This document shows positions 9,498-18,046 of a stretch of 64,000 bases of DNA, piece by piece. Position 1 is the first letter of the stretch. Every line of letters begins with the position of its first letter. Source of the stretch: Escherichia coli O127:H6 str. E2348/69 (GTDB lineage Bacteria; Pseudomonadota; Gammaproteobacteria; Enterobacterales; Enterobacteriaceae); NCBI RefSeq assembly GCF_000026545.1, contig NC_011601.1. The stretch is one strand, 5' to 3'. The position numbers and the translations under genes were made by a program. The notes below the pieces were generated by a model. That model did no database searches. It saw only the letters and a program-made list of their open reading frames with translations, and was not told the origin of the DNA.

Positions 9498-9884
9498 ATG
9501 GGATTCAATGACCAGCCCAAAAACCTGAAAAAATCCATTAACGATAAATATAACAGAAGGGTAAAGTCACTTTCTCGGCATCTCGAGGATTTTATTTATC
9601 ATGCAGAAATGAAACTGGACGAATCTATTTCTGGAAGGATTTATCGCAGAAGCGAGATTGAGTCAATTGTTGAGAAAGTAAAAGAATTGATGGCTATCCT
9701 TCCGGCTTCAGATGAACCTCCTTCAATTAATTTTGATATTCTTGAAATCATTGAGAATGCAACAGAAGAAACTCAGCGCATTTTATCAGAAGGACAAAAA
9801 TTCTTCGACAACCTCTCTCCTGAAGAATTGGCAGAAATGATATCAACATTCCAACAAAATAAAAAAGATAGTGAATCTGAGTGA
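9498..9884 (+). CDS. Hypothetical acidic, helical protein (128 aa)
   Basis: Good RBS (GGGAG 7 nt upstream of the ATG). The predicted protein is Glu/Ser/Ile-rich with no motif I recognise. AT-rich codon usage matches the neighbouring ORF. Confidence 0.5.
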   Translation: MGFNDQPKNLKKSINDKYNRRVKSLSRHLEDFIYHAEMKLDESISGRIYRRSEIESIVEKVKELMAILPASDEPPSINFDILEIIENATEETQRILSEGQKFFDNLSPEELAEMISTFQQNKKDSESE

Positions 9885-10464
9885 TAACCCAGTTTAATAC
9901 GATATGAATCTAAGTCTAAACTATCAAAAAAAGCAGATAGTGAACTTAAATAGATATTATGAGAAGCTCCGAGTTTGCGTGGCTTCCTTTATCTATGTGG
10001 TCAACCTACAGACACCCAATGAAATAAATCCTTTCATTTCATTGAAGTGTTTAAATAAACTCCATCGGGAGCCTTTTTTGTTTGAAGATCTGCTCCCCGT
10101 TGATTAATACATCGTGATGTCACCAATGTCCGCTCTTGGCACTCAACTGCCATAGGCGGGCCCAAGGGCAGCTTCGAACGCAGGCTGTATGAAAACTCTG
10201 ATTGCTGATAGAAGGTCACGCGTTTTGATGACTTCTTAGAAAATTTACATAGAAAGATGATGCAGATTTTACTTAAAAGCGCAGGCGTCAGCCTCTTTTG
10301 CATTCACCTCTGAAGCTTAAACCGTTTTCACACAGTCTGAGCGAATTACAGACGCAACACTAAGTTTATTGCGCCCTTGAGCACAATCTTGACCAATGTG
10401 TAGAACTCATTGGAAAAAAAAGTGCGGAAAATAGAGAATTAACTCAAGTTTTGTTTATATAGTT

Positions 10465-10881
10465 CTAAATGAATTTATCATGCCAAAAATACGTTGCGCC
10501 AGTTACATTTTGTGCATGAACTTGCCCATATTCAAATGTAGGTTCTTTCTTCATATGTTGCGTATTCAACTCTGGTTTACTCCAATAAATCAAGTTCGCT
10601 TCAAATTCACTCAATAGTTTCTCAGCGAAATCAAAAGGCTTAATCCATTCTATTGGGATGGTTTTGCTGTTTTTTAAAAAAACAACGCAGCACAAATATA
10701 TACGCTTTGACAAATTGTCATATTTAGGATGGTGTAACTTAGTAATTGCGCTATGGCCTGAAGAAAATCGTGAGCTCTTCGATGATGTCTTGCCGATGTA
10801 AACAAGCCTTTCATTTTCATCATCTCCAACTGTAATCAAATAAATAGGATAACAAGCTAGAGGGGCCTTGATCCTACCCAC
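10465..10881 (-). pseudogene. GIY-YIG-like domain protein; its 5' end and promoter are replaced by the IS3 terminus
   Basis: PIYLITVGDDENERLVYIGKTSS resembles the GIY...YIG nuclease motif. The first 4 codons (MGRI) lie inside the IS3 inverted repeat, which starts at 10869, so the native N-terminus is lost. Confidence 0.4.
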
Positions 10882-10898
10882 GTAATATGGACACAGGC

Positions 10899-11765
10899 CT
10901 AAGCGAGGTTCTGGTTTTCAAATTGTTCCGGACTGAGGCCGCCACACCAACTGTGCCGCCGCCACCGATTGTAATCACATTCGATATAATTAAACACCGT
11001 TGCCCGCATTATTTCCCGGCTGATAAAGTGTTCTCCATGGATACATTCCACTTTCAGCGAATGAAAGAAGCTTTCCACGCAGGCATTATCGTAGCAGCAA
11101 CCTTTTGCGCTCATACTTCCACGCAGATTATGCCGCTTCAGTTGCGCCTGATAATCTGCTGAACAGTACTGGCCTCCACGGTCCGTGTGAACGATAACGT
11201 TCCGGGGCCTCTTACGCCGCCATAGCGCCATCTGCAGGGCATCGCAGGCCAGTTGCGCCGTCATGCGTGGCGACATTGACCAGCCAATAACGGCACGTGA
11301 CCACAGGTCAATGACCACTGCCAGATACAGCCAGCCTTCATCTGTACGTAAGTACGTGATGTCTCCTGCCCACTTCTGGTTCGGGCCACTGGCGTAAAAA
11401 TCCTGCTCCAACAGATTTTCTGACACAGGCAGGCCGTGTGCGCGGTAGCTGACCGGGCTGAACTTCCGGGAGGCCTTTGCCCTCAGTCCCTGATGGCGCA
11501 GGCTTGCCGCCACGGTTTTTACGTTAAAGGGGTAACCCTGAGCACGCAGTTCATCCGTCAGGCGTGGGGCACCGTAACGCTGTTTTGACCGGGTAAAAGC
11601 CGCGAGGACAACGCTGTCGCAGTGTTGGCGGAACTGCTGACGCGTGCTTATCCTTGTCCGCCGCTGACACCACGTATACCAGCCGCTGCGGGCCACCCGG
11701 AGCACGCGGCACATTGCTTTGATGCTAAACTCAGCCTGATGTTTTTCAATAAAGACATACTTCAT
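10899..11765 (-). CDS. insF: IS3 transposase OrfB (InsF)
   Basis: 288-aa ORF with an rve/DDE integrase core (WAGDITYL..., [19 protein letters not shown]). It overlaps orfA as expected for -1 frameshifting. Confidence 0.9.
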   Translation of the reverse strand: MKYVFIEKHQAEFSIKAMCRVLRVARSGWYTWCQRRTRISTRQQFRQHCDSVVLAAFTRSKQRYGAPRLTDELRAQGYPFNVKTVAASLRHQGLRAKASRKFSPVSYRAHGLPVSENLLEQDFYASGPNQKWAGDITYLRTDEGWLYLAVVIDLWSRAVIGWSMSPRMTAQLACDALQMALWRRKRPRNVIVHTDRGGQYCSADYQAQLKRHNLRGSMSAKGCCYDNACVESFFHSLKVECIHGEHFISREIMRATVFNYIECDYNRWRRHSWCGGLSPEQFENQNLA

Positions 11766-12061
11766 TTCAGGCGCTTCGCGAAGTATGTCGCGGCCTTTTG
11801 GAGGATAGCCAGCTCTTCATCCCGTTCTGCCAGCTGGCGTTTGAGACGTGCAATCTCGGTAGACATCTCCAGTTCACGTTCAGAAGACGTCTGCTGATTT
11901 TGCTGTTTACTGCGCCAGTTGTAGAGCTGTGATTCATACAGGCTGAGTTCACGGGCTGCGGCAGTAACACCGATGCGTTCAGCAAGCTTCAGGGCTTCAC
12001 TGCGAAATTCAGGCGAATGCTGTTTACGGGGTTTTTTACTGGTTGATACTGTTTTTGTCAT
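11762..12061 (-). CDS. insE: IS3 transposase OrfA (InsE)
   Basis: [40 protein letters not shown]... has an HTH plus a leucine zipper. The ORF track extends it 3 codons upstream, to 12070. Confidence 0.85.
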   Translation of the reverse strand: MTKTVSTSKKPRKQHSPEFRSEALKLAERIGVTAAARELSLYESQLYNWRSKQQNQQTSSERELEMSTEIARLKRQLAERDEELAILQKAATYFAKRLK

Positions 12062-12127
12062 GTGAGTCACCTCTGACTGAGAGTTTACTCACTTAGCCGC
12101 GTGTCCACTATTGCTGGGTAAGATCAG

Positions 12128-12223
12128 ATATCCATTACCCGCTCGCAACTGGCAATGCTCCTCGATAAGCTGGACTGGCGTCAGCCAAAAACATCCCGCC
12201 TTAACGCACTGACAATGTTGTAA
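12128..12223 (+). pseudogene. C-terminal 31 codons of IS66 TnpB (orf2)
   Basis: My translation is ISITRSQLAMLLDKLDWRQPKTSRLNALTML*, which matches the conserved IS66 TnpB C-terminus as I remember it. It begins immediately at the IS3 end. Confidence 0.7.
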
Positions 12224-12253
12224 AAAACGCCGGGCCGGATTATAAAAACGGCC

Positions 12254-13867
12254 ATGAGTCAGAAATACCTCATTCGCATCGCTGAGCTGGAAAGGCTGCT
12301 CTCTGAGCAGGCTGAAGCCCTCCGTCAGAAAGACCAGCAACTGAGTCTGGTTGAAGAGACGGAGGCCTTCCTGCGCTCTGCACTGGCACGTGCCGAAGAA
12401 AAGATCGAAGAAGATGAGCGAGAAATAGAGCATCTGCGGGCTCAGATAGAAAAACTGCGCCGGATGCTGTTCGGAACCCGTTCTGAAAAACTGCGTCGTG
12501 AGGTTGAACAGGCTGAAGCCCTGCTGAAACAACGCGAGCAGGAAAGCGATCGTTACAGTGGGCGTGAGGATGACCCACTGGTTCCCCGCCAGTTGCGACA
12601 GTCGCGCCATCGTCGTCCGTTACCGGCACATCTCCCCCGTGAAATATACCGCCTGGAGCCTGAAGAAAGCTGTTGCCCGGAGTGTGGCGGTGAGCTGGAT
12701 TATCTGGGGGAAGTCAGCGCAGAACAACTGGAACTGGTGAGCAGCGCCCTGAAAGTGATCCGCACAGAACGGGTAAAAAAAGCCTGTACAAAATGTGACT
12801 GCATCGTTGAAGCACCGGCGCCGTCCTGCCCGATAGAGCGTGGTGTCGCGGGCCCCGGATTACTTGCCCGCGTGTTAACGGGAAAATACTGCGAACACCT
12901 GCCACTGTATCGTCAGAGTGAAATCTTTGCCCGACAGGGTGTCGAACTGAGCCGTGCATTACTCTCCAACTGGGTTGACGCGTGCTGCCAGTTAATGACG
13001 CCGCTGAATGATGCCCTGTACCGTTATGTGATGAATACCCGCAAGCTTCACACTGACGACACACCGGTAAAGGTACTGGCACCGGGCCTGAAAAAGACGA
13101 AAACAGGGCGCATCTGGACGTATGTCCGGGATGATCGCAATGCGGGTTCGTCATCTCCTCCGGCGGTCTGGTTCGCGTACTCATCGAACCGGCAGGGGAA
13201 ACACCCGGAGCAACACCTCCGCCCCTTCCGGGGTATCCTGCAGGCGGATGCGTTCACAGGTTATGACAGGCTGTTCAGTGCAGAACGTGAAGGTAGTGCG
13301 CTGACAGAAGTTGCGTGCTGGGCTCATGCCCGGAGAAAAATCCACGATGTATACATCAGCAGCAAAAGTGCGACGGCAGAAGAAGCCCTGAAGCGAATCA
13401 GTGAACTGTACGCCATCGAGGATGAAATACGGGGATTACCAGAGTCAGAGCGTCTTGCAGCCAGGCAGCAGCGAAGCAAAGCGTTACTGACGTCGCTGCA
13501 TGAATGGATGGTGGAGAAGAATGGCACGCTGTCGAAAAAATCCAGACTGGGCGAAGCGTTCAGCTATGTACTGAATCAGTGGGACGCCCTCTGTTATTAC
13601 AGTGATGACGGTCTGGCGGAGGTGGACAATAACACAGCGGAAAGAGCGCTTCGTGCAGTCTGTCTCGGAAAGAAAAATTACGTGTTCTTCGGTAGCGATC
13701 ACGGCGGCGAGCGTGGAGCACTGCTGTACGGGCTGATCGGCACCTGCCGACTGAACGGTATCGATCCGGAAGCGTATCTGCGCCATATTCTGAGCGTACT
13801 GCCGGAATGGCCCTCCAACCGTGTTGACGAACTCCTGCCATGGAACGTAGTACTCACCAATAAATAA
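12254..13867 (+). CDS. IS66-family transposase TnpC
   Basis: 537 aa. It has an N-terminal coiled coil, a CPECGGEL zinc motif, and a DDE region (HTDDTP..., LQADAFTGY, DNNTAERALR). Confidence 0.9.
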   Translation: MSQKYLIRIAELERLLSEQAEALRQKDQQLSLVEETEAFLRSALARAEEKIEEDEREIEHLRAQIEKLRRMLFGTRSEKLRREVEQAEALLKQREQESDRYSGREDDPLVPRQLRQSRHRRPLPAHLPREIYRLEPEESCCPECGGELDYLGEVSAEQLELVSSALKVIRTERVKKACTKCDCIVEAPAPSCPIERGVAGPGLLARVLTGKYCEHLPLYRQSEIFARQGVELSRALLSNWVDACCQLMTPLNDALYRYVMNTRKLHTDDTPVKVLAPGLKKTKTGRIWTYVRDDRNAGSSSPPAVWFAYSSNRQGKHPEQHLRPFRGILQADAFTGYDRLFSAEREGSALTEVACWAHARRKIHDVYISSKSATAEEALKRISELYAIEDEIRGLPESERLAARQQRSKALLTSLHEWMVEKNGTLSKKSRLGEAFSYVLNQWDALCYYSDDGLAEVDNNTAERALRAVCLGKKNYVFFGSDHGGERGALLYGLIGTCRLNGIDPEAYLRHILSVLPEWPSNRVDELLPWNVVLTNK

Positions 13868-13897
13868 GCGTCAATACGGTGTTCCGTTGACGCTTAC

Positions 13898-13934
13898 GAG
13901 AACTGTTCAGGGAGTCTGACATCAAGAGCGCGGT
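13898..13934 (-). mobile_element. IS911 remnant (end of orfA), separated from the rest by the IS30 insertion
   Basis: The minus-strand reading continues the IS911 OrfA frame across IS30: ...EILKKAT|ALLMSDSLNSS, as in IS911 OrfA from memory. The remnant abuts the IS66 terminus. Confidence 0.65.
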
Positions 13935-15046
13935 TGTAGATTCAATTGGTCAACGCAACAGTTATGTGAAAACATGGGGTTGCGGAGGTTTTTTGAATGA
14001 GACGAACATTTACAGCAGAGGAAAAAGCCTCTGTTTTTGAACTATGGAAGAACGGAACAGGCTTCAGTGAAATAGCGAATATCCTGGGTTCAAAACCCGG
14101 AACGATCTTCACTATGTTAAGGGATACTGGCGGCATAAAACCCCATGAGCGTAAGCGGGCTGTAGCTCACCTGACACTGTCTGAGCGCGAGGAGATACGA
14201 GCTGGTTTGTCAGCCAAAATGAGCATTCGTGCGATAGCTACTGCGCTGAATCGCAGTTCTTCGACGATCTCACGTGAAGTTCAGCTAATCGGGGCAGACG
14301 CTATTACAAAGCTGTTGATGCTAATAACCGAGCCAACAGAATGGCGAAAAGGCCAAAACCGTGCTTACTGGATCAAAATTTACCATGGCGAAATCTTGTT
14401 CTGGAAAAGCTGGAGATGAAATGGTCTCCAGAGCAAATATCAGGATGGTTAAGGCGAACAAAACCACGTCAAAAAACGCTGCGAATATCACCTGAGACAA
14501 TTTATAAAACGCTGTACTTTCGTAGCCGTGAAGCGCTACACCACCTGAATATACAGCATCTGCGACGGTCGCATAGCCTTCGCCATGGCAGGCGTCATAC
14601 CCGCAAAGGCGAAAGAGGTACGATTAACATAGTGAACGGAACACCAATTCACGAACGTTCCCGAAATATCGATAACAGACGCTCTCTGGGGCATTGGGAG
14701 GGCGATTTAGTCTCAGGTACAAAAAACTCTCATATAGCCACACTTGTAGACCGAAAATCACGTTATACGATCATCCTTAGACTCAGGGGCAAAGATTCTG
14801 TCTCAGTAAATCAGGCTCTTACCGATAAATTCCTGAGTTTACCGTCAGAACTCAGAAAATCACTGACATGGGACAGAGGAATGGAACTGGCCAGACATCT
14901 AGAATTTACTGTCAGCACCGGCGTTAAAGTTTACTTCTGCGATCCTCAGAGTCCTTGGCAGCGGGGAACAAATGAGAATACAAATGGGCTAATTCGGCAG
15001 TACTTGAACCGCCCCGGGTTTCCTGGAGAGTGTTTTATCTGTGAAC

Positions 15047-15937
15047 TCAGGCTGCCAGATCATCGTTTCCGATGGAAGCATAATAAGCTTTTTCTGCTTC
15101 TGCCGGAGGAGTATGGCCCAGCCTTTCCAGCAATCGTCGATTGTTATACCAGTCCACCCACGTGAGTGTGGCCAGTTCCACTTCTGCACGGTTTTTCCAG
15201 CTCTTACGGTGTATTACCTCCGCTTTGTAAAGACCATTGATGCTCTCCGCCATCGCGTTGTCATACGAGTCGCCTGTACTTCCTGTTGATGCCAGTAATC
15301 CGGCTTCCTTAAGCCGCTGTGTGTAGGCCAGCGATACATACTGAGAACCTTTATCACTGTGATGGACCGTGCCGGACGGTCGACGGGCCCATAACGCCTG
15401 CTCCAGTGCATCCAGCACGAATGTCGTCTCCATGGACGATGAGACCCGCCACCCCACAATGTATCCGGCAAACACATCAATGATGAACGCCACATAGACG
15501 AAGCCCTGCCATGTGCTGACGTAAGTAAAATCAGCCACCCACAGCTGGTCAGGTCGTTCTGCCACGAACTGACGGTTTACGCGGTCGCCTGCGGCAACGG
15601 CTTTCCGGCTGATGGTCGTACGGACCTTTTTACCCCGGAGAACACCGGCAAGTCCCATAACCGCCATGAGGCTCGCCACTGTACATCTGGCTACCCTGAT
15701 TCCTTCCCGTAACAACTGACGCCAGACTTTACGCACACCGTATACCTGATGATTCCCATCGTATACGCGCAGTATCTCTTTCTTCAGCCAGTCATCGCGC
15801 TGCGCACGGGCACTGCGTTTATCCGGATGATGTCGCTGTTGCTGACAGTGGTAATACGTTGACGGGGCAATATGTAGTTCACTGCATACCGGTCCGACCC
15901 CGTACAGCTTACGCAGCTTATCCAGCAGTGGCATCAC
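15047..15937 (-). CDS. IS629-like transposase OrfB
   Basis: 296 aa with a DDE/rve core ([29 protein letters not shown]). Confidence 0.9.
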   Translation of the reverse strand: MMPLLDKLRKLYGVGPVCSELHIAPSTYYHCQQQRHHPDKRSARAQRDDWLKKEILRVYDGNHQVYGVRKVWRQLLREGIRVARCTVASLMAVMGLAGVLRGKKVRTTISRKAVAAGDRVNRQFVAERPDQLWVADFTYVSTWQGFVYVAFIIDVFAGYIVGWRVSSSMETTFVLDALEQALWARRPSGTVHHSDKGSQYVSLAYTQRLKEAGLLASTGSTGDSYDNAMAESINGLYKAEVIHRKSWKNRAEVELATLTWVDWYNNRRLLERLGHTPPAEAEKAYYASIGNDDLAA

Positions 15938-16260
15938 TTTTTCCAGAGGCGGTCGAACTCCGCCTTCGCAAAATAAGCGGAAGCCTGGCGAAGGATATCG
16001 TTACTGCGGCGCAGTTCACGATTTTCACGTTCCAGCTCTTTCAGACGCTGACGTTCAGCGGTGGTGAGCCCGCCATCACCGCCTCCGGTATCCCGCTCAT
16101 GCTGGCGTACCCAGACACGCAGAGTCTCCGGTGTACAGCCAATCTTTGGGGCAATGGAACAAATTGCCGCCCACTGTGAGTCATATTCGCCCTGACTTTC
16201 CAGAACCATACGAATCGCCCTCTGACGGACTTCGGGGGAAAAACGAGTATTTTTAGTCAT
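15934..16260 (-). CDS. IS629-like transposase OrfA
   Basis: 108 aa, [42 protein letters not shown]..., with an HTH plus a coiled coil. It overlaps orfB. Confidence 0.9.
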   Translation of the reverse strand: MTKNTRFSPEVRQRAIRMVLESQGEYDSQWAAICSIAPKIGCTPETLRVWVRQHERDTGGGDGGLTTAERQRLKELERENRELRRSNDILRQASAYFAKAEFDRLWKK

Positions 16261-16467
16261 CCTGTTTACCTCTTTCTCAGGGAGTTTAGTCTCCAGGATT
16301 CCCGGGGCGGTTCAACTTTCCTAAAAAGACATGTCTTGCCCAATATACTCAACATGAACTAGATCTGGTTGCTGCTCAGCTAAACAACAGACCGAGAAAG
16401 ACACTGAAGTTCAAAACACCGAAAGAGATAATTGAAAGGGGTGTTGCATTGACAGATTGAATCTACA

Positions 16468-16802
16468 GTAGCCTTTTTTAATATTTCATTCTCCATTTCA
16501 ATGCGTTGTAGCTTTTTCCTCAGCTCACGTATTTCGATTTGTTCTGGTGTTATCGGAGAGGCTTTTGGTGTTTTGCCCTGACGCTCATCACGCAGTTGTT
16601 TGACCCATCTTGTCATTGTGGAAAGGCCGATATCCATAGCTTTGGCGGCATCTGCCACCGTGTAGTTCTGGTCAACAACCAGTTGAGCGGATTCGCGTTT
16701 AAACTCTGCGCTGAAATTTCTTTTTTTCATTGGAGCACCTGTGTTGTTCTGAGGTGAGCATATCACCTCTGTTCAGGTGGCCAAATTCAGTGTGCCACTA
16801 CA
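16468..16802 (-). mobile_element. IS911 left-end remnant with truncated orfA (ATG at 16730)
   Basis: The terminus at 16802 reads TGTAGTGGCACACTGAATTTGGCCACC (IS911 IRL with one mismatch, from memory). OrfA is [32 protein letters not shown]... and is cut by IS30 at 16467/16468. Confidence 0.8.
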
Positions 16803-16972
16803 CTGGCACAGAGCGGACTGTCAGATGAGGTTTAGTTCTGTACTAATGAGCCGATACAAATTAGCTGCATATACCTGCATTCCAAATAATTTTAGGCAGA
16901 TATTATCTCCGTGAGTCCCCCGCCACTTTTCCGGTGCGCGGGGTTTTGTCTTTTTTCACCGGGAATACATTT

Positions 16973-17844
16973 ATGAATCCGTCTGATGCCATTGAGGCAA
17001 TTGAAAAACCGCTCTCCTCCCTGCCTTACTCACTTTCCCGTCACATCCTGGAACATCTGCGCAAACTCACCAGCCACGAACCCGTGATTGGCATTATGGG
17101 AAAAGCGGGGCCGGTAAATCCTCACTCTGTAATGCGCTGTTTCAGGGAGAGGTCACCCCGGTCAGTGATGTTCACGCCGGCACCCGGGAAGTGCGGCGCT
17201 TCCGTCTGAGTGGTCACGGTCACCGCATGGTTATCACTGACCTGTCCGGGGTGGGCGAGAGCCGGGACAGGGATGCAGAGTATGAAGCCCTGTACCGTGA
17301 CATTCTGCCTGAACTTGACCTGGTACTGTGGCTGATTAAAGCCGATGACCGTGCCCTGTCTGTGGATGAGTATTTCTGGCGACACATACTGCACCGGGGA
17401 CATCAGCAGGTGCTGTTTGTGGTGACGCAGGCCGACAAAACAGAGCCCTGCCATGAATGGGATATGGCAGGTATTCAGCCTTCTCCCGCACAGGCACAGA
17501 ATATTCGCGAAAAAACGGAGGCGGTATTCCGTCTGTTCCGGCCCGTACATCCGGTTGTTGCCGTATCGGCCCGCACCGGCTGGGAACTGGATACGCTGGT
17601 CAGTGCGCTCATGACAGCGCTTCCCGACCATGCCGTCAGTCCCCTGATGACCCGCCTGCAGGACGAGCTGCGCACGGAATCTGTCCGGGGTCAGGCCCGT
17701 GAACAGTTTACCGGTGCGGTGGACCGGATATTTGACACGGCGGAGAGCGTCTGTGTTGCCTCTGTTGCCCGTACGGTTCTGCGTGCCGTCCGTGACACGG
17801 TGGTCTCTGTTGCCCGCGCTGTATGGAACTGGATTTTCTCCTGA
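16973..17844 (+). pseudogene. yeeP: YeeP/YkfA/YfjP-type island GTPase, frameshifted in the P-loop
   Basis: Two ORFs (16934..17209 and 17191..17844) together cover the family. IMGKAG then shifts frame: ggaaaagcggggccggtaaatcc lacks one G relative to GKxGAGKSS. The downstream frame reads EVRRFRLSGHGH...DLSGVGES...VVTQADK. Confidence 0.8.
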
Positions 17845-17928
17845 ACAGTCTGCCAGGAAAATGCCTGATTACATTGCGTTAACCAACTGAAAACATGACA
17901 CAAACACCTCATGCTCCTCCTGTTTCTC

Positions 17929-17998
17929 TTGCGTGACCGTCTTGCAATCAATAGAATAAAACGATCGATAAAACAAATATCGATCGTTACTATCGATC
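17929..17998 (+). promoter_or_regulatory. agn43 (flu) promoter plus the Dam/OxyR phase-variation switch with three GATC sites
   Basis: -35 is TTGCGT (17929-17934), then a 17-nt spacer, then -10 TAGAAT (17952-17957). GATC sites are at 17963, 17982 and 17995 within cGATCGATAAAACAAATATCGATCGTTACTATCGATCG. This matches the known Ag43 switch architecture. Confidence 0.75.
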
Positions 17999-18046
17999 GT
18001 TTATAGTGGTTAATGGTCTGCGAAAAGGCAGCTGAATCTCTTCATC

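Larger units (their letters stand above)
10869..12126 (-). mobile_element. IS3 (complete, 1258 bp)
   Basis: Termini are TGATCCTACCCACG... (10869) and ...CTGGGTAAGATCA (12126), which are inverted repeats. The orfA/orfB proteins match my recollection of IS3 InsE/InsF. The flanking triplets differ (CCT versus GAT), so there is no target-site duplication. Confidence 0.9.
12127..13897 (+). mobile_element. IS66-family element, 5'-truncated by IS3 (tnpA and most of tnpB lost)
   Basis: It starts inside tnpB and ends with the family-typical terminus ...GTTGACGCTTAC at 13897. It contains an intact tnpC. Confidence 0.8.
15005..16314 (-). mobile_element. IS629/IS1203-like IS3-family element (complete, 1310 bp) inside IS30
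   Basis: The termini TGAACCGCCCCGGG at both ends are inverted. It is flanked by a 3-bp direct duplication ACT (15002-15004 and 16315-16317). Confidence 0.9.
13997..16460 (+). pseudogene. insI: IS30 transposase (InsI), inactivated twice
   Basis: A 1-nt deletion at 14285/14286 (cag-c-taat versus the expected cagcgtaat) splits the ORF into 13997..14419 and 14341..15165. The IS629-like insertion follows ...GLIRQY at 15004. The remainder ([47 protein letters not shown]) resumes at 16315. Confidence 0.85.
13935..16467 (+). mobile_element. IS30, interrupted by an IS629-like element
   Basis: The ends TGTAGATTCAATTGGTCAACGC... and ...GCATTGACAGATTGAATCTACA are inverted repeats, flanked by a GT/GT 2-bp duplication. 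The 2533-bp span equals 1220 (IS30 less 1 nt) + 1310 + 3 (TSD). Confidence 0.9.

Noticed and set aside
10034-10303. 89-aa minus-strand ORF and the 67-aa plus-strand ORF at 9904..10107 in the AT-rich block
   Set aside because: They have no RBS and low-complexity, AT-driven composition, and they overlap the downstream direct repeat. I treat the stretch as non-coding.
12089-13841. Minus-strand ORFs (173, 119, 156, 100 and 93 aa) across the IS66 tnpC region
   Set aside because: They lie antisense to a complete, motif-bearing transposase gene. The 12089..12610 ORF also crosses the tnpB remnant and the intergenic region.
17845-17928. Possible IsrC-like small RNA between the yeeP-like gene and the flu promoter (K-12 has isrC at the equivalent position)
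   Set aside because: I cannot recall the isrC sequence well enough to verify homology, and I see no self-evident promoter/terminator pair.
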